A DNA stretch of 64,000 bases from Thermoplasmata archaeon (GTDB lineage Archaea; Thermoplasmatota; E2; JACPAO01; JAHFTW01): positions 64,001 through 128,000 of the forward strand of contig JAXDQS010000002.1 of assembly GCA_034667725.1 (NCBI GenBank). The letters run 5' to 3'. Positions 9,963 through 18,720 of this stretch are shown here, in pieces. A program made the position numbers and the translations under genes. Numbering within the stretch: position 1 is the stretch's first letter; each line of letters begins with the position of its first letter. The notes beneath the pieces are model-generated. The model was given only the letters and a program-made list of their open reading frames with translations, made no database searches and was not told the DNA's origin.

Positions 9963-11264
9963 GTGGCGACGAAGAAGCCGACCGAGGGTGCTGCCAAGAA
10001 GGGCGAGGCGAAGGCCTCCGCCGGCGCGGCGCCCGCGTTCGAGCAGCCTGAGGTCAACATCGGCCTCATCGGCCATGTCGACCACGGCAAGACGACCCTG
10101 ACGAAGGCGCTCTCCGGCAAGTGGACCGACGAGCACTCCGAGGAGATCAAGCGCGGCATCAGCATCAAGCTGGGCTACGCGGACACGACGTTCTACAAGG
10201 GCGCCGACAAGGACGGCAACGTCCTGCACACCACCAAGGCCGACGACCCCCGGCTGGCGGGCGCCCCGACGAAGCTCCGGCGCGTGTCGTTCGTCGACGC
10301 CCCCGGCCACGAGACCCTGATGGCCACGATGCTGTCCGGCGCCGCCTTGATGGACGGAGCCCTGCTGTTGGTGGCCGCCAACGAGAAGTGCCCCCAGCCG
10401 CAGACCAAGGAGCACCTGATGGCGCTGCAGATCGCCGGCGCCCGGAACATCGTCATCGTCCAGAACAAGATCGACCTGGTGGACGAGAAGCGCGCCATCC
10501 AGAACTACGAGGAGATCAAGGCGTTCGTCAAGGGCACCGTGGCGGAGCAGGCGCCCGTCATCCCGATCTCGGCGCACCACGACGTCAACATCAGCGCGCT
10601 CATCGAGGCCATCGAGCGCACCATCCCGACGCCGAAGCACGACCCCAAGGCAGACCCGGTCCTCCTGGTGGCCCGTAGCTTCGACATCAACAAGCCCGGC
10701 ACCCGCCCGGACAAGCTGCGGGGCGGCGTCATGGGCGGCTCGCTGTCGCGCGGCACCATCACGGTCGGCGACGAGATCGAAGTCGTGCCCGGCCTGCGCG
10801 TCGAGGCCCCCGACGGCAAGGCGGTCTACAAGCCCCTGAAGTCGAAGGTGGTGGCGCTGTTCTGCGGCGCCCAGGCGGTCGAGCAGGCCGGCCCGGGCGG
10901 GCTGATTGCCATCGGCACCGAGCTGGACCCGAGCGTCACCAAGGCCGACAACCTGGTGGGCCGCGTCATCGGCCTGTCCGGCAAGCTGCCGCACAGCATC
11001 GACCGCCTCGCCATGCAGGTCACGCTCTTGGAGCGCGTCGTCGGCGCCGAGGACGAGGCCGCCGTCGAGCCGATCAAGGTCAAGGAGCCGCTCATGCTGA
11101 ACGTCGGCACCGCGACCACCGTCGGCCTGGTGCTGAAGTCGGCCAACAACCTGGTGGAGGCGGCCCTCAAGCTCCCGGTCGCCGCCGAGCCGGGCGCCCG
11201 CATCGCCATCAGCCGCCGCGTCGGCGGCCGCTGGCGCCTCATCGGCTACGGCCTGCTGAAGTGA
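9963..11264 (+). CDS. eif2g: Translation initiation factor aIF2 subunit gamma
   Basis: QPEVNIGLIGHVDHGKTT, HSEEIKRGISIKLGY, DAPGHE, QPQTKEH, QNKID, ISRRVGGRWRLIGYG. Confidence 0.97.
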   Translation: MATKKPTEGAAKKGEAKASAGAAPAFEQPEVNIGLIGHVDHGKTTLTKALSGKWTDEHSEEIKRGISIKLGYADTTFYKGADKDGNVLHTTKADDPRLAGAPTKLRRVSFVDAPGHETLMATMLSGAALMDGALLLVAANEKCPQPQTKEHLMALQIAGARNIVIVQNKIDLVDEKRAIQNYEEIKAFVKGTVAEQAPVIPISAHHDVNISALIEAIERTIPTPKHDPKADPVLLVARSFDINKPGTRPDKLRGGVMGGSLSRGTITVGDEIEVVPGLRVEAPDGKAVYKPLKSKVVALFCGAQAVEQAGPGGLIAIGTELDPSVTKADNLVGRVIGLSGKLPHSIDRLAMQVTLLERVVGAEDEAAVEPIKVKEPLMLNVGTATTVGLVLKSANNLVEAALKLPVAAEPGARIAISRRVGGRWRLIGYGLLK

Positions 11265-11271
11265 GGGCGGC

Positions 11272-11661
11272 GTGGTCGTCGTCCCCGTCGTGCTCGACAC
11301 GAACGCCATCCTCCTGCCCTTCACCCAAGGCACCCGCCTGGAGGAGCCGCTGGCCGAGCTCCTGGGCGCCTACGAGCTGCACCTCCCGACCAGCGTCATC
11401 CCCGAGCTGCAACGCCTGAGCGAGAACCAGGGCGCCACCGGCCGCGCCGCCAAGATGGCCCTCAAGTTCTCGGAGCGCTGCGTCCGCGAGCCCACCGGCC
11501 TCATGGGCGACGACGGCATCCTCCAGGTGGCCCGTCGCCTGGGCGCCGTCGTGTTCACCAACGACCGCAAGCTCCAGCTGGAGTGCGTCAAGTCGGGGCT
11601 GCGCGTCCTCGTCGCGCGCGAGCGCGAGGGCATCGGCTGGTACCGCGGCGGCTCCGGCTAG
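11272..11661 (+). CDS. PIN-domain protein (Fcf1/Utp24-like)
   Basis: VVLDTN...E...GDD...FTNDRKL; position downstream of eif2g is a common archaeal arrangement. Confidence 0.88.
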   Translation: MVVVPVVLDTNAILLPFTQGTRLEEPLAELLGAYELHLPTSVIPELQRLSENQGATGRAAKMALKFSERCVREPTGLMGDDGILQVARRLGAVVFTNDRKLQLECVKSGLRVLVAREREGIGWYRGGSG

Positions 11662-11960
11662 GCCTTCTTGGGCTTGGCCTTGGCCGGTTGCGGCCCCACG
11701 CCCAGCAAGCGTTGCGCGGCCCGGCGCCGCAGTTGCGCATCCACCAAGAGCGGCAGCGTCGTCAGGATGCAGAACACCGCCACCGCCCGGAACGCCTCGC
11801 CCTGGAACGCGTACCACATCCCGAAGACGAGCGCCACCAGCACCATCAGCACCGCCACCCGGGCTTCGTTGCGCGCCGACTCCAGCAGGATCTCGGCCTG
11901 CACGGCGGAGTCCAGCTCGGACTCCCCGTAGCGGAACACGGTGCTCCACGGGCGAGCCAC
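11658..11960 (-). CDS. Small two-TM membrane protein
   Basis: Two hydrophobic stretches and a basic tail; start uncertain (11939-12002). Confidence 0.6.
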   Translation of the reverse strand: MARPWSTVFRYGESELDSAVQAEILLESARNEARVAVLMVLVALVFGMWYAFQGEAFRAVAVFCILTTLPLLVDAQLRRRAAQRLLGVGPQPAKAKPKKA

Positions 11961-12033
11961 GCCCGAGGAGCGGCCGCAGGCGCCAAAAGGCCACCGCCTC
12001 AACGGTCAAGGCGGGTCCGCCCCTGGCGCCGGC

Positions 12034-12666
12034 GTGGCCCCGTCGACCCGGCTGCTGTTCTGCCGCCACGGCGAGGTGCAGGCCGACATGGTCGGTTCGT
12101 TCCTCGGGCGCACCGACGCCCCTCTGTCCGACCTCGGCCGCCACCAGGCGGAGGCCATGGGCGCCTACCTCGGGGACGCCCCCATCGACGCGGTGGTCGT
12201 GAGCCCGCTCAAGCGCGCGCTCGACACCGCCGCCCCGCTGGCGCGCGCCCTGCACCAGAAGCTGGAGGTCCGGCGCGAGTTCCGCGAGATGGACTACGGC
12301 GACTGGGACGGCCTGCACTGGCCCCAGATCGAGGGCCGCGACCCGGAGCTGGCGCGCCGCTGGCAGGCGGACCCGCAGGGGCTGTCCTGCCCGGGCGGCG
12401 AGTCGGGCCAGTCGTTCCAGGACCGGGTCGCCGCCGCCTTGGACGGCCTGCTCGCGGAGTTCGCGGGCCGCCAGGTCGCGCTGGTCAGCCACGCCGGCGT
12501 CAACCGCGTCGTGCTGGCCGAGCTGTTGGGCCGACGGTTCGTGGACGCCTTCGTGTTCGTGCAGGACTACGGCTGCGTCAACGCCGCCGCCTGGAGCGAG
12601 CATGGCGGCCACGTCGTCCTGGTGAACTTCGTGCCCGGCCCGAAGGCCGCCCAGACGGGCGACTAG
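12034..12666 (+). CDS. Histidine phosphatase family protein (GpmB/CobC-like)
   Basis: RHGE, SPLKRA, REMDYGDWDG, GGES, VSHAG. Confidence 0.92.
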   Translation: MAPSTRLLFCRHGEVQADMVGSFLGRTDAPLSDLGRHQAEAMGAYLGDAPIDAVVVSPLKRALDTAAPLARALHQKLEVRREFREMDYGDWDGLHWPQIEGRDPELARRWQADPQGLSCPGGESGQSFQDRVAAALDGLLAEFAGRQVALVSHAGVNRVVLAELLGRRFVDAFVFVQDYGCVNAAAWSEHGGHVVLVNFVPGPKAAQTGD

Positions 12667-12773
12667 TCCAGGAGGTCGCGGGCCCGCTCCCGGAACGCCC
12701 GAGGCATCTGGCCCGTGGCCAGCAAGGCGTCGATCAGCTCCAAGGCGCGGCGCAAGCGTTCGGCGTCGGACAT
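12663..12773 (-). CDS. Putative 36-aa helical peptide
   Basis: MSDAERLRRALELIDALLATGQMPRAFRERARDLLD, directly downstream of the methyltransferase. Confidence 0.35.
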   Translation of the reverse strand: MSDAERLRRALELIDALLATGQMPRAFRERARDLLD

Positions 12774-12798
12774 GGCCGGGCGAACGCGGCCGGCGCCA

Positions 12799-14043
12799 TC
12801 AGGCGTGCAGGGCGATGGGTGGAAGGTTCGCCTGGCCCTCGAGGCGGGCGAGGGCGTGTCCCATCCGCTCGACCAGGCCGACGACCAGGGCGTTGCCCAT
12901 GGTGAAGTAGCGCCACCGCTCGGGCATCCCCTCGGTCCAGCCGTCGGGGAAGCCGTCCAGCCGCTCGCACTCCACCGGCGTCAGCACCCGGAGGCGCCCG
13001 GTGCGCGGGTCCTGGATGAGGTGGTTGCTCCGGCTCGGCCCAAGGCCGCCTTCGCCGGTCAGCAGGGTCCGGGCCGGCTGGTCGAGGTGGTCGGGGAACG
13101 GGATGGCCCCCTCGGAGTAGTGGTACTGGTGGCCGTTGGCGGCGACCCGCTGCTCCCGCTTGGCGCCCTTGAGGTACTTCCAGCGGGCCAAGGCCTCCTC
13201 CGGGACGAAGTACTGCCCGGGCACGGCGCGCTCCAGCACCCCCGCCAGCGTGGCCGTGGCCTCCTTGCGGCTGTCGACGCGCCGCGTCCAGACGTCGCGG
13301 CCCGCCATCACGCCGGCGTTCTGGAACTCGCCCACGAACGCATCGCTCAACCGCGACAGCGACCGGGACAGCCGCATCGTGGGCGCCGCCGGCACGGCCA
13401 GGCGGACCTGCGGCGGCACCGCCGGGAACGCCTGCGCAAAGAAGCCGTCGCGGTCGAGGAACGCAGGCGACGCGGCGCCGGCCTGCATCGCGGCGGCCGC
13501 GGCCGTGCGCCGGTGCGCGGCGAACAGGAAGACCCGCCGGCGGCGCTGCGGGGCGCCGTGGTCGGCCGCGTTCAGCACCCGCCACTCCACGGCGTAGCCG
13601 AGGTTCGCGAGGCTGGCCAGCAGGATGGCGAAGTCGCGGCCGCGCTGCCGGGCCGGCGACTTGAGGAGCCGGTCCACGTTCTCCAGCAGCAGGTAGGACG
13701 GGCGGCGGGCGGCCACGATGCGCCGGATCTCCCACCAGAGGACGCCCTTCTTGCCTTGGATGCCGTGCGACTTGTCGAGGGTCGCGGCCACGGAGTAGTC
13801 CTGGCATGGGAAGCCGCCGACCAGGAGGTCGTGCTCCGGGATGTCCTTGGGCTTCACCTGCGCGATGTCGGCGTTGAGGTGGCCGTCGGGGCCGAAATGG
13901 CGGACGTAGCACTCGGAGGCCCACTGGCTGCGCTTGCCCGGCTCCCACTGGTTGCTCCAGACCACCTTGTGGCCGGCCCGCTCCAAGCCGAGGCGGAAGC
14001 CCCCCACGCCAGCGAACAGCTCGGCGACGCGCAGGCCTCCCAT
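12799..14043 (-). CDS. dcm: DNA (cytosine-5)-methyltransferase, resembling the M.Sau3AI family
   Basis: Motifs I FAGVGG, IV GFPCQ, VI ENV, VIII QRRRRVF, IX RVLTPVECERLDGFP, X GNA. Confidence 0.95.
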   Translation of the reverse strand: MGGLRVAELFAGVGGFRLGLERAGHKVVWSNQWEPGKRSQWASECYVRHFGPDGHLNADIAQVKPKDIPEHDLLVGGFPCQDYSVAATLDKSHGIQGKKGVLWWEIRRIVAARRPSYLLLENVDRLLKSPARQRGRDFAILLASLANLGYAVEWRVLNAADHGAPQRRRRVFLFAAHRRTAAAAAMQAGAASPAFLDRDGFFAQAFPAVPPQVRLAVPAAPTMRLSRSLSRLSDAFVGEFQNAGVMAGRDVWTRRVDSRKEATATLAGVLERAVPGQYFVPEEALARWKYLKGAKREQRVAANGHQYHYSEGAIPFPDHLDQPARTLLTGEGGLGPSRSNHLIQDPRTGRLRVLTPVECERLDGFPDGWTEGMPERWRYFTMGNALVVGLVERMGHALARLEGQANLPPIALHA

Positions 14044-14099
14044 CCGGGTGGTGGAACCTATCTCACCGCTTAAGATTCGGCCCCCTCCTGGGTGAAATC

Positions 14100-14591
14100 G
14101 TGGAGGCCGCCCGCCCGAAGCCGCTCATGCACTTCTTCGGGGACGACCCCATCCCCCCGGCACGATCCAGGCAGATGTCCAGGATTCGCGGCCGCGACAC
14201 CGCCCCCGAGCTGGCGCTGCGGCGGGCCCTGTGGAAGGAAGGCGTCCGGTTCCGGGTGAACGTGCGGGACCTGCCCGGCCGCCCCGACATCGCGAGCAAG
14301 AAGGCCAAGGTGGCCGTGTTCGTGGATGGCTGCTTCTGGCACGGCTGCCCCGAGCATTACCGCGCGCCGAGGACGAGGCGGGCATACTGGGAGGAGAAAA
14401 TCAGGCGGAACCAGGAGCGGCGGCGCCAGGTCATGCAGCAGTACCCGCCCGACTGGCAAGCCTTCGAAGTGTTCGAATGCGTCTTGGGCAAGGATTTGCC
14501 GAACATCCAGCGACGCGTGGCGAAATTGTTTGAAGCCCGGCCCAGTTCCCGCAGCCGTGCGCCGGTTCCGCGACCTCCTGGCCCGCGCTGA
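14100..14591 (+). CDS. vsr: Very-short-patch repair endonuclease
   Basis: RSRQMSRIRGRDTAPE, LPGRPDI, FVDGCFWHGCP. Confidence 0.93.
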   Translation: MEAARPKPLMHFFGDDPIPPARSRQMSRIRGRDTAPELALRRALWKEGVRFRVNVRDLPGRPDIASKKAKVAVFVDGCFWHGCPEHYRAPRTRRAYWEEKIRRNQERRRQVMQQYPPDWQAFEVFECVLGKDLPNIQRRVAKLFEARPSSRSRAPVPRPPGPR

Positions 14592-15234
14592 CGCCTTGCA
14601 AGGGGTCCCGTTCGCCGAGCTGGCCGAGGCGCACGGCATCGCCTGGACCGACGAGGCCGCCAAGCGGAAAGGACTCACCGGCCGCATCAGCCAAGCCTGC
14701 CTGGGCGTCCCGGAAAGCCCGGACGAGGAGCCCGACATCCAGGACTACCGCATCGAGCTCAAGGCGTTCCCCGTGAGCGTCGGCCTCAAAGTGCAGGAGA
14801 ACGTCAAGATCCGCACCGTCACCCCCGCCCACGTGCGGACCCAGGTCTGGCCCGAGTCCAGCGTCTTCCGGAAGATGCGGACGGTCCTGTTCATGCCGGT
14901 CGTGAAGCCGGACAAGGCCGACCCGGGGCCGTGGCATTTCCGCAGCCCGTTCATCTGGATGCCCTCCGTGGCCGACGAGCGCCAGATTCAAGCCGACTAC
15001 GAGGCCGTGCGCGCCCTGGTGCTGGCCGGCACCCCCGACCTCGTCTCGTCGGCCGAGCCTCCCGAAGGCCAAGGGACCTACCTCATCGCGAACACCGCCG
15101 GCCGGGACGCCTCCGACCTCACCAACTATGGCACCGAAGCCCAGCCCGTCCTGGGCAAGCGGCGGGCCTGGATGCTCCGCAAGGCGTTCATGCAGAGCCT
15201 GGTCGAGGAGCACGTCCGGTATCGGGCACCTTAG
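14530..15234 (+). CDS. MutH/Sau3AI-family endonuclease (single domain)
   Basis: KGLTG..., PDIQDYRIELK (D...ELK), 'IQADYE', 'KRRAWMLRKAF'; start inferred (TTG 14530 or GTG 14557). Confidence 0.82.
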   Translation: MKPGPVPAAVRRFRDLLARADALQGVPFAELAEAHGIAWTDEAAKRKGLTGRISQACLGVPESPDEEPDIQDYRIELKAFPVSVGLKVQENVKIRTVTPAHVRTQVWPESSVFRKMRTVLFMPVVKPDKADPGPWHFRSPFIWMPSVADERQIQADYEAVRALVLAGTPDLVSSAEPPEGQGTYLIANTAGRDASDLTNYGTEAQPVLGKRRAWMLRKAFMQSLVEEHVRYRAP

Positions 15235-15317
15235 CGCCGGCGCCAGGATTTGAACCTGGAAGGGCGTGGCCCGGCGGTTTTCAAGACCGCTGCCATACCG
15301 GATTAGGCGACGCCGGC
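15235..15317 (-). tRNA. tRNA-Ser(UGA), CCA not encoded
   Basis: Minus strand GCCGGCG acceptor stem; anticodon arm GCGGT-CTTGAAA-ACCGC; long variable arm; T-arm CCAGG-TTCAAAT-CCTGG; G discriminator. Confidence 0.95.
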
Positions 15318-15366
15318 TTCGGGCTGGCGACACGCCGCCGCCACTTGAGCCAAGCGTTCAAGGATT

Positions 15367-15427
15367 GGAGGGCTGAGCGCAGCGAAGCCCTCCGGACCGC
15401 GGGCGACCCGCGGGGCGCAGCCCCCGG
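15367..15427. repeat. REP-like multi-hairpin element, copy A
   Basis: Hairpin GGAGGGCT-GAGCGCAGCGA-AGCCCTCC, then a 30-bp core (15398-15427) identical to 46154-46183. Confidence 0.85.
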
Positions 15428-15513
15428 CTGCCATACCGGATTAGGCGACGCCGGCTTCGCTCCAGCGACCCAGGGCGGCCACTTGAGGCAAGCGTTCCAA
15501 GGATCGGGAGGGC
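15427..15513 (-). repeat. Diverged duplicate of the tRNA-Ser 5' end and its promoter
   Basis: 15427-15459 identical to 15289-15321 (33 bp); similarity resumes over the promoter (CCACTTGAGnCAAGCGTT...GGAGGGC). Confidence 0.9.
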
Positions 15514-15520
15514 CGGCCGC

Positions 15521-17323
15521 TTGCCTCTTGAGCCGACCGCCCCTCCGTCGGGCGTGCACCAGTCGACCGCCTCCCTCAAGGACCTGCTCGCCAAGGCCCA
15601 TCGCGTCGACCACCCGCACCTGCACGGCGACGTGCTGCCTTCCTTCGACTTGGGCGTGGACGGCATCGGCGACCTCCTCGAACGCCGCGCCCGGGAGCAA
15701 CCCGACAAGCCGTTCCTGGTGTTCTACGACGACGACGCGCGCACCCGGTCGGACTGGACGCGGCAGGAGTTCGTGGTGGAGGTCCGCAAGGCCGCGAAGG
15801 TCCTGGAGGACCTCGGCTTGGTGCCTGGCGACCGCATCGCGACGGCGGACGAGTTCAACCACGCCGACACGCTGATCGTCCTATGCGCCGCGTGGGCGTC
15901 GGGCATCGCGGTGGCGCCGCTCAACCTGAAGGAGGACGACGACCGGCTGCGCTACATCCTGGCGCACGCGGAGGTCAAGGCGGTGTTCGCGCGGGACGCG
16001 TGCGCCCCGCGCGTCGGCCCGATCGCGCGCAAGGCAGGGGCGGGGATCGTCGTGTCGTTCGGCGACCAGTGCGTGCGGACGGTCTACGACGCCGAGTGGG
16101 ACGAGATGATGTACAGCGTGCAGGAGGAGCGCGACCTGCCGCCGCAACGCCTGGACACGGAGGCGCTCCTGGTCTACACGTCGGGCACGACGGGCCATCC
16201 CAAGGGCGTGGTGCTGACCCACGAGATGCTCCACGACGCGCACGCCATCGCGGCGCACCACGGCTTCGGGCCGGAGGACGCGTTCATGACGGCGATGCCG
16301 CTGTTCCATGTCAACGCCATCGTGACCACGTGCCTGACGGCGATGTGGTGCGGCGCGTCGGTGGTCTTGAACCGCAAGTGGAAGCCGGCGCTGTTCTGGG
16401 AGCGCGCCTACGCCGAGCAGGTGTCGGCCACCTCGGTCGTGCCTGCGATGCTGAAGGCGCTCACGGACCTGGGCGACGACCTTGCCAAATATCCTGGCCT
16501 GCGGGAGCGGTTCCGGACCGTCATCTGCGGGGCGGGGCAGCTCTACGTGGACGTGGCGGAGGCGTTCACGGCGCGCTTCGGGCTTCGGATCGCGCACGGC
16601 TGGGGCATGAGCGAGACGACCTGCTACTCGTGCTTCCTGCCGGGCGACCTCAGCGCCGCCGATTACCGCACGGCCATCTCCACCCACGGCTTCCCTTCCA
16701 TCGGCGTCCCCATCGTCCACAACCAGATGGGCATCCTCGACCCCAAGACGGGCGAGCCGAAGCCTGCGGGCGTCCTGGGCAAGCCCGTCGGGCACGAATG
16801 CTGGGGCGAGATCGTGGTCGCGGGCCGCAACCTGATGAAGGAGTACTTCCGCAACGACGAGGCCAACGCCAAGACGTTCCAGTTCGGCGTGCTGCAGACC
16901 GGCGACGAGGGCTTCGTGGCGCTGGACGCGAAGGGCCGGCCGTTCTTCTTCATCGTCGGCCGCATCAAGGAGCTGATCGAGCGCGGCGGCGAGATGTTCA
17001 GCACCTTCGAGATCGACACGCTGCTGCGCCAGGTCCCCGGCGTCGAGAACGCGCTGGCCTACGGCTTCAAGTCGCAGAAGCTCGGGCAGGAGATCGGGGC
17101 CGTCGTCGAGCGCAAGCCGGGCGCCCAGCTCACGGAGGCCGAGGTGCAGGCGTGGTTCAAGCGCAAGGGCGTGCCGTGGGAGAAGTCCCCCAAGGTCGTG
17201 AAGTTCGTCGACGCCATCCCCAAGACCGCCACCGGCAAGGACCAGCGCCTCCGGTTCGCGCCGCTGTTCGAGGGGCTCTACGAGACGCAGTTCCGGCCCT
17301 CCGATTCCTGGACGTCGGCCTGA
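15521..17323 (+). CDS. Class I adenylate-forming enzyme (acyl-CoA synthetase-like)
   Basis: YTSGTTGHPKG, GWGMSET, TGD, GRIKELI, PKTATGK; start may be slightly later. Confidence 0.93.
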   Translation: MPLEPTAPPSGVHQSTASLKDLLAKAHRVDHPHLHGDVLPSFDLGVDGIGDLLERRAREQPDKPFLVFYDDDARTRSDWTRQEFVVEVRKAAKVLEDLGLVPGDRIATADEFNHADTLIVLCAAWASGIAVAPLNLKEDDDRLRYILAHAEVKAVFARDACAPRVGPIARKAGAGIVVSFGDQCVRTVYDAEWDEMMYSVQEERDLPPQRLDTEALLVYTSGTTGHPKGVVLTHEMLHDAHAIAAHHGFGPEDAFMTAMPLFHVNAIVTTCLTAMWCGASVVLNRKWKPALFWERAYAEQVSATSVVPAMLKALTDLGDDLAKYPGLRERFRTVICGAGQLYVDVAEAFTARFGLRIAHGWGMSETTCYSCFLPGDLSAADYRTAISTHGFPSIGVPIVHNQMGILDPKTGEPKPAGVLGKPVGHECWGEIVVAGRNLMKEYFRNDEANAKTFQFGVLQTGDEGFVALDAKGRPFFFIVGRIKELIERGGEMFSTFEIDTLLRQVPGVENALAYGFKSQKLGQEIGAVVERKPGAQLTEAEVQAWFKRKGVPWEKSPKVVKFVDAIPKTATGKDQRLRFAPLFEGLYETQFRPSDSWTSA

Positions 17324-17325
17324 GG

Positions 17326-17799
17326 ATGCCCCTCATGCGTTGGCTTGCCGCCGGAGGCTTCCTGCTGGCCGCCTTGGGCATCGCCAGCTCCGCTTCGCTG
17401 TCATGGTCCGCCGAATATTGGTGGTTCGCGGTCGCCTTGGCGGCCACTGCGGCCACGATGCTGCTGCCGGCCCGCGCCCGCAGGTGGGCGGCCGCGGCCA
17501 CGCTCGCCGTCGCCATGCTGGTGTGCATCCGCGTGGCGTGGAGCCGCGTCGGCGGGCCGCTGGGCGCGGACTACGGGGCGCTGGTGCTGCTTGCCGTCTC
17601 GATGGGGGCCGCCGCGCCGTCCGCTTGGCTCGGGCCGCGGCATCTGGGCTTGGCCCTCGTGCCCGGCGCCGCGGCCGGCGTGTGGTGGCTGGTGGTGGAC
17701 GGCGTTGGCGGCTCCACGAGTTTCCTGCCGGCGGACGCCTTGGTGACGGTCGGGCTAGGGCTCGCCGCCTTCGCCCTGCTGCGCGGCGACGGGGCGTGA
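17326..17799 (+). CDS. Multi-pass membrane protein
   Basis: MPLMRWLAAGG..., about 5-6 hydrophobic segments; ATG 3 nt after the upstream stop. Confidence 0.7.
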   Translation: MPLMRWLAAGGFLLAALGIASSASLSWSAEYWWFAVALAATAATMLLPARARRWAAAATLAVAMLVCIRVAWSRVGGPLGADYGALVLLAVSMGAAAPSAWLGPRHLGLALVPGAAAGVWWLVVDGVGGSTSFLPADALVTVGLGLAAFALLRGDGA

Positions 17800-18273
17800 C
17801 ATCCACCACGCCACGGCCACAAGGACAAGGGCGGTCGCCATCAGCCACCATCCGAATCCTGGCATCCCTTCGACGAAGTAGGTGGTGCCCGTGGTCGCCG
17901 ACAGGCGCTCCTGCAAGCCCCAGAACGGGAACTCCAGCGGCCAAAACAGGCACGACGCCAACGCGACCACCTGGGTGGAGGCCACGGCCAAGAGGTCGCG
18001 CCGCCACTTGGCCCACTCGTGCTGCCACGAGGTCGCCGCGATGCGCACCACCAGGATCGGCAGGCCCAGCACGGCCATCACGAGGGTGAAGCGCACGGCG
18101 AGCGCCGCCGCCAGGTCGCCGGGTGTCCACAGGCTCACGGCCCCGAGCGGCTGCTCGCTCTCGGCGTCGCTGAAGGTCAGCACCCACCACGGCAGGAACA
18201 GCGCCGTCACTTGGGCAAGGAGGGCCAGCACGGCCACGAAGCCGGCGCGGCGGTGCCGCAGGGGCGCGTCCAC
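17755..18273 (-). CDS. Four-TM membrane protein
   Basis: 'LFLPWW...GMPGFGWWL' four-TM pattern; GTG start inferred. Confidence 0.65.
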   Translation of the reverse strand: MDAPLRHRRAGFVAVLALLAQVTALFLPWWVLTFSDAESEQPLGAVSLWTPGDLAAALAVRFTLVMAVLGLPILVVRIAATSWQHEWAKWRRDLLAVASTQVVALASCLFWPLEFPFWGLQERLSATTGTTYFVEGMPGFGWWLMATALVLVAVAWWMSRPVAAQQGEGGEP

Positions 18274-18277
18274 GGGC

Positions 18278-18598
18278 TCAGTCCAGCAGGGCCCGCCAGC
18301 GCTTCTGGTGGACCGGGGCGGCGTTGGCGGCGGCCGCGGCGCGCTGCTGCCAGGCCTGCCGGACCATGTCCTGGATGGACGGGTCCACGGTGACCGGCGC
18401 GAAGGCGTGCCAGGGGTCCCCGTCGAAGTGCGCCAACGCCATCGCGAACGTCTGCTCGGAGCGGACCCAGTCGCCGCCCTCGCCGGGGTAGGACACGGAC
18501 TTGACCGCGCGGTAGCCGTCCGCCAAGTGCAGGACCGCGATGCGGCTGCCTTCCGTGGCGGCCTCGAAGACGACCCGCCCCGCGGGCTGGTGGCGCAT
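18278..18598 (-). CDS. Hypothetical protein (106 aa)
   Basis: MRHQPAGRVVFEA...; host-like codon use. Confidence 0.6.
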   Translation of the reverse strand: MRHQPAGRVVFEAATEGSRIAVLHLADGYRAVKSVSYPGEGGDWVRSEQTFAMALAHFDGDPWHAFAPVTVDPSIQDMVRQAWQQRAAAAANAAPVHQKRWRALLD

Positions 18599-18720
18599 AG
18601 GAGGGCACCGTCCAGGGGGTTCAAGCACTTTGGCAGGCGGCCGGCCTCGACAAGCTCCACCGGAACAGCCGCCCACAACCCATATACGGGCCTTTCCTAC
18701 GCGCGGTTGGCCGGTCCCGT

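Noticed and set aside
12663-15520. Integrase-bearing genomic island at tRNA-Ser
   Set aside because: No integrase or transposase, and no duplicated tRNA 3' end on the far side of the methyltransferase cassette.
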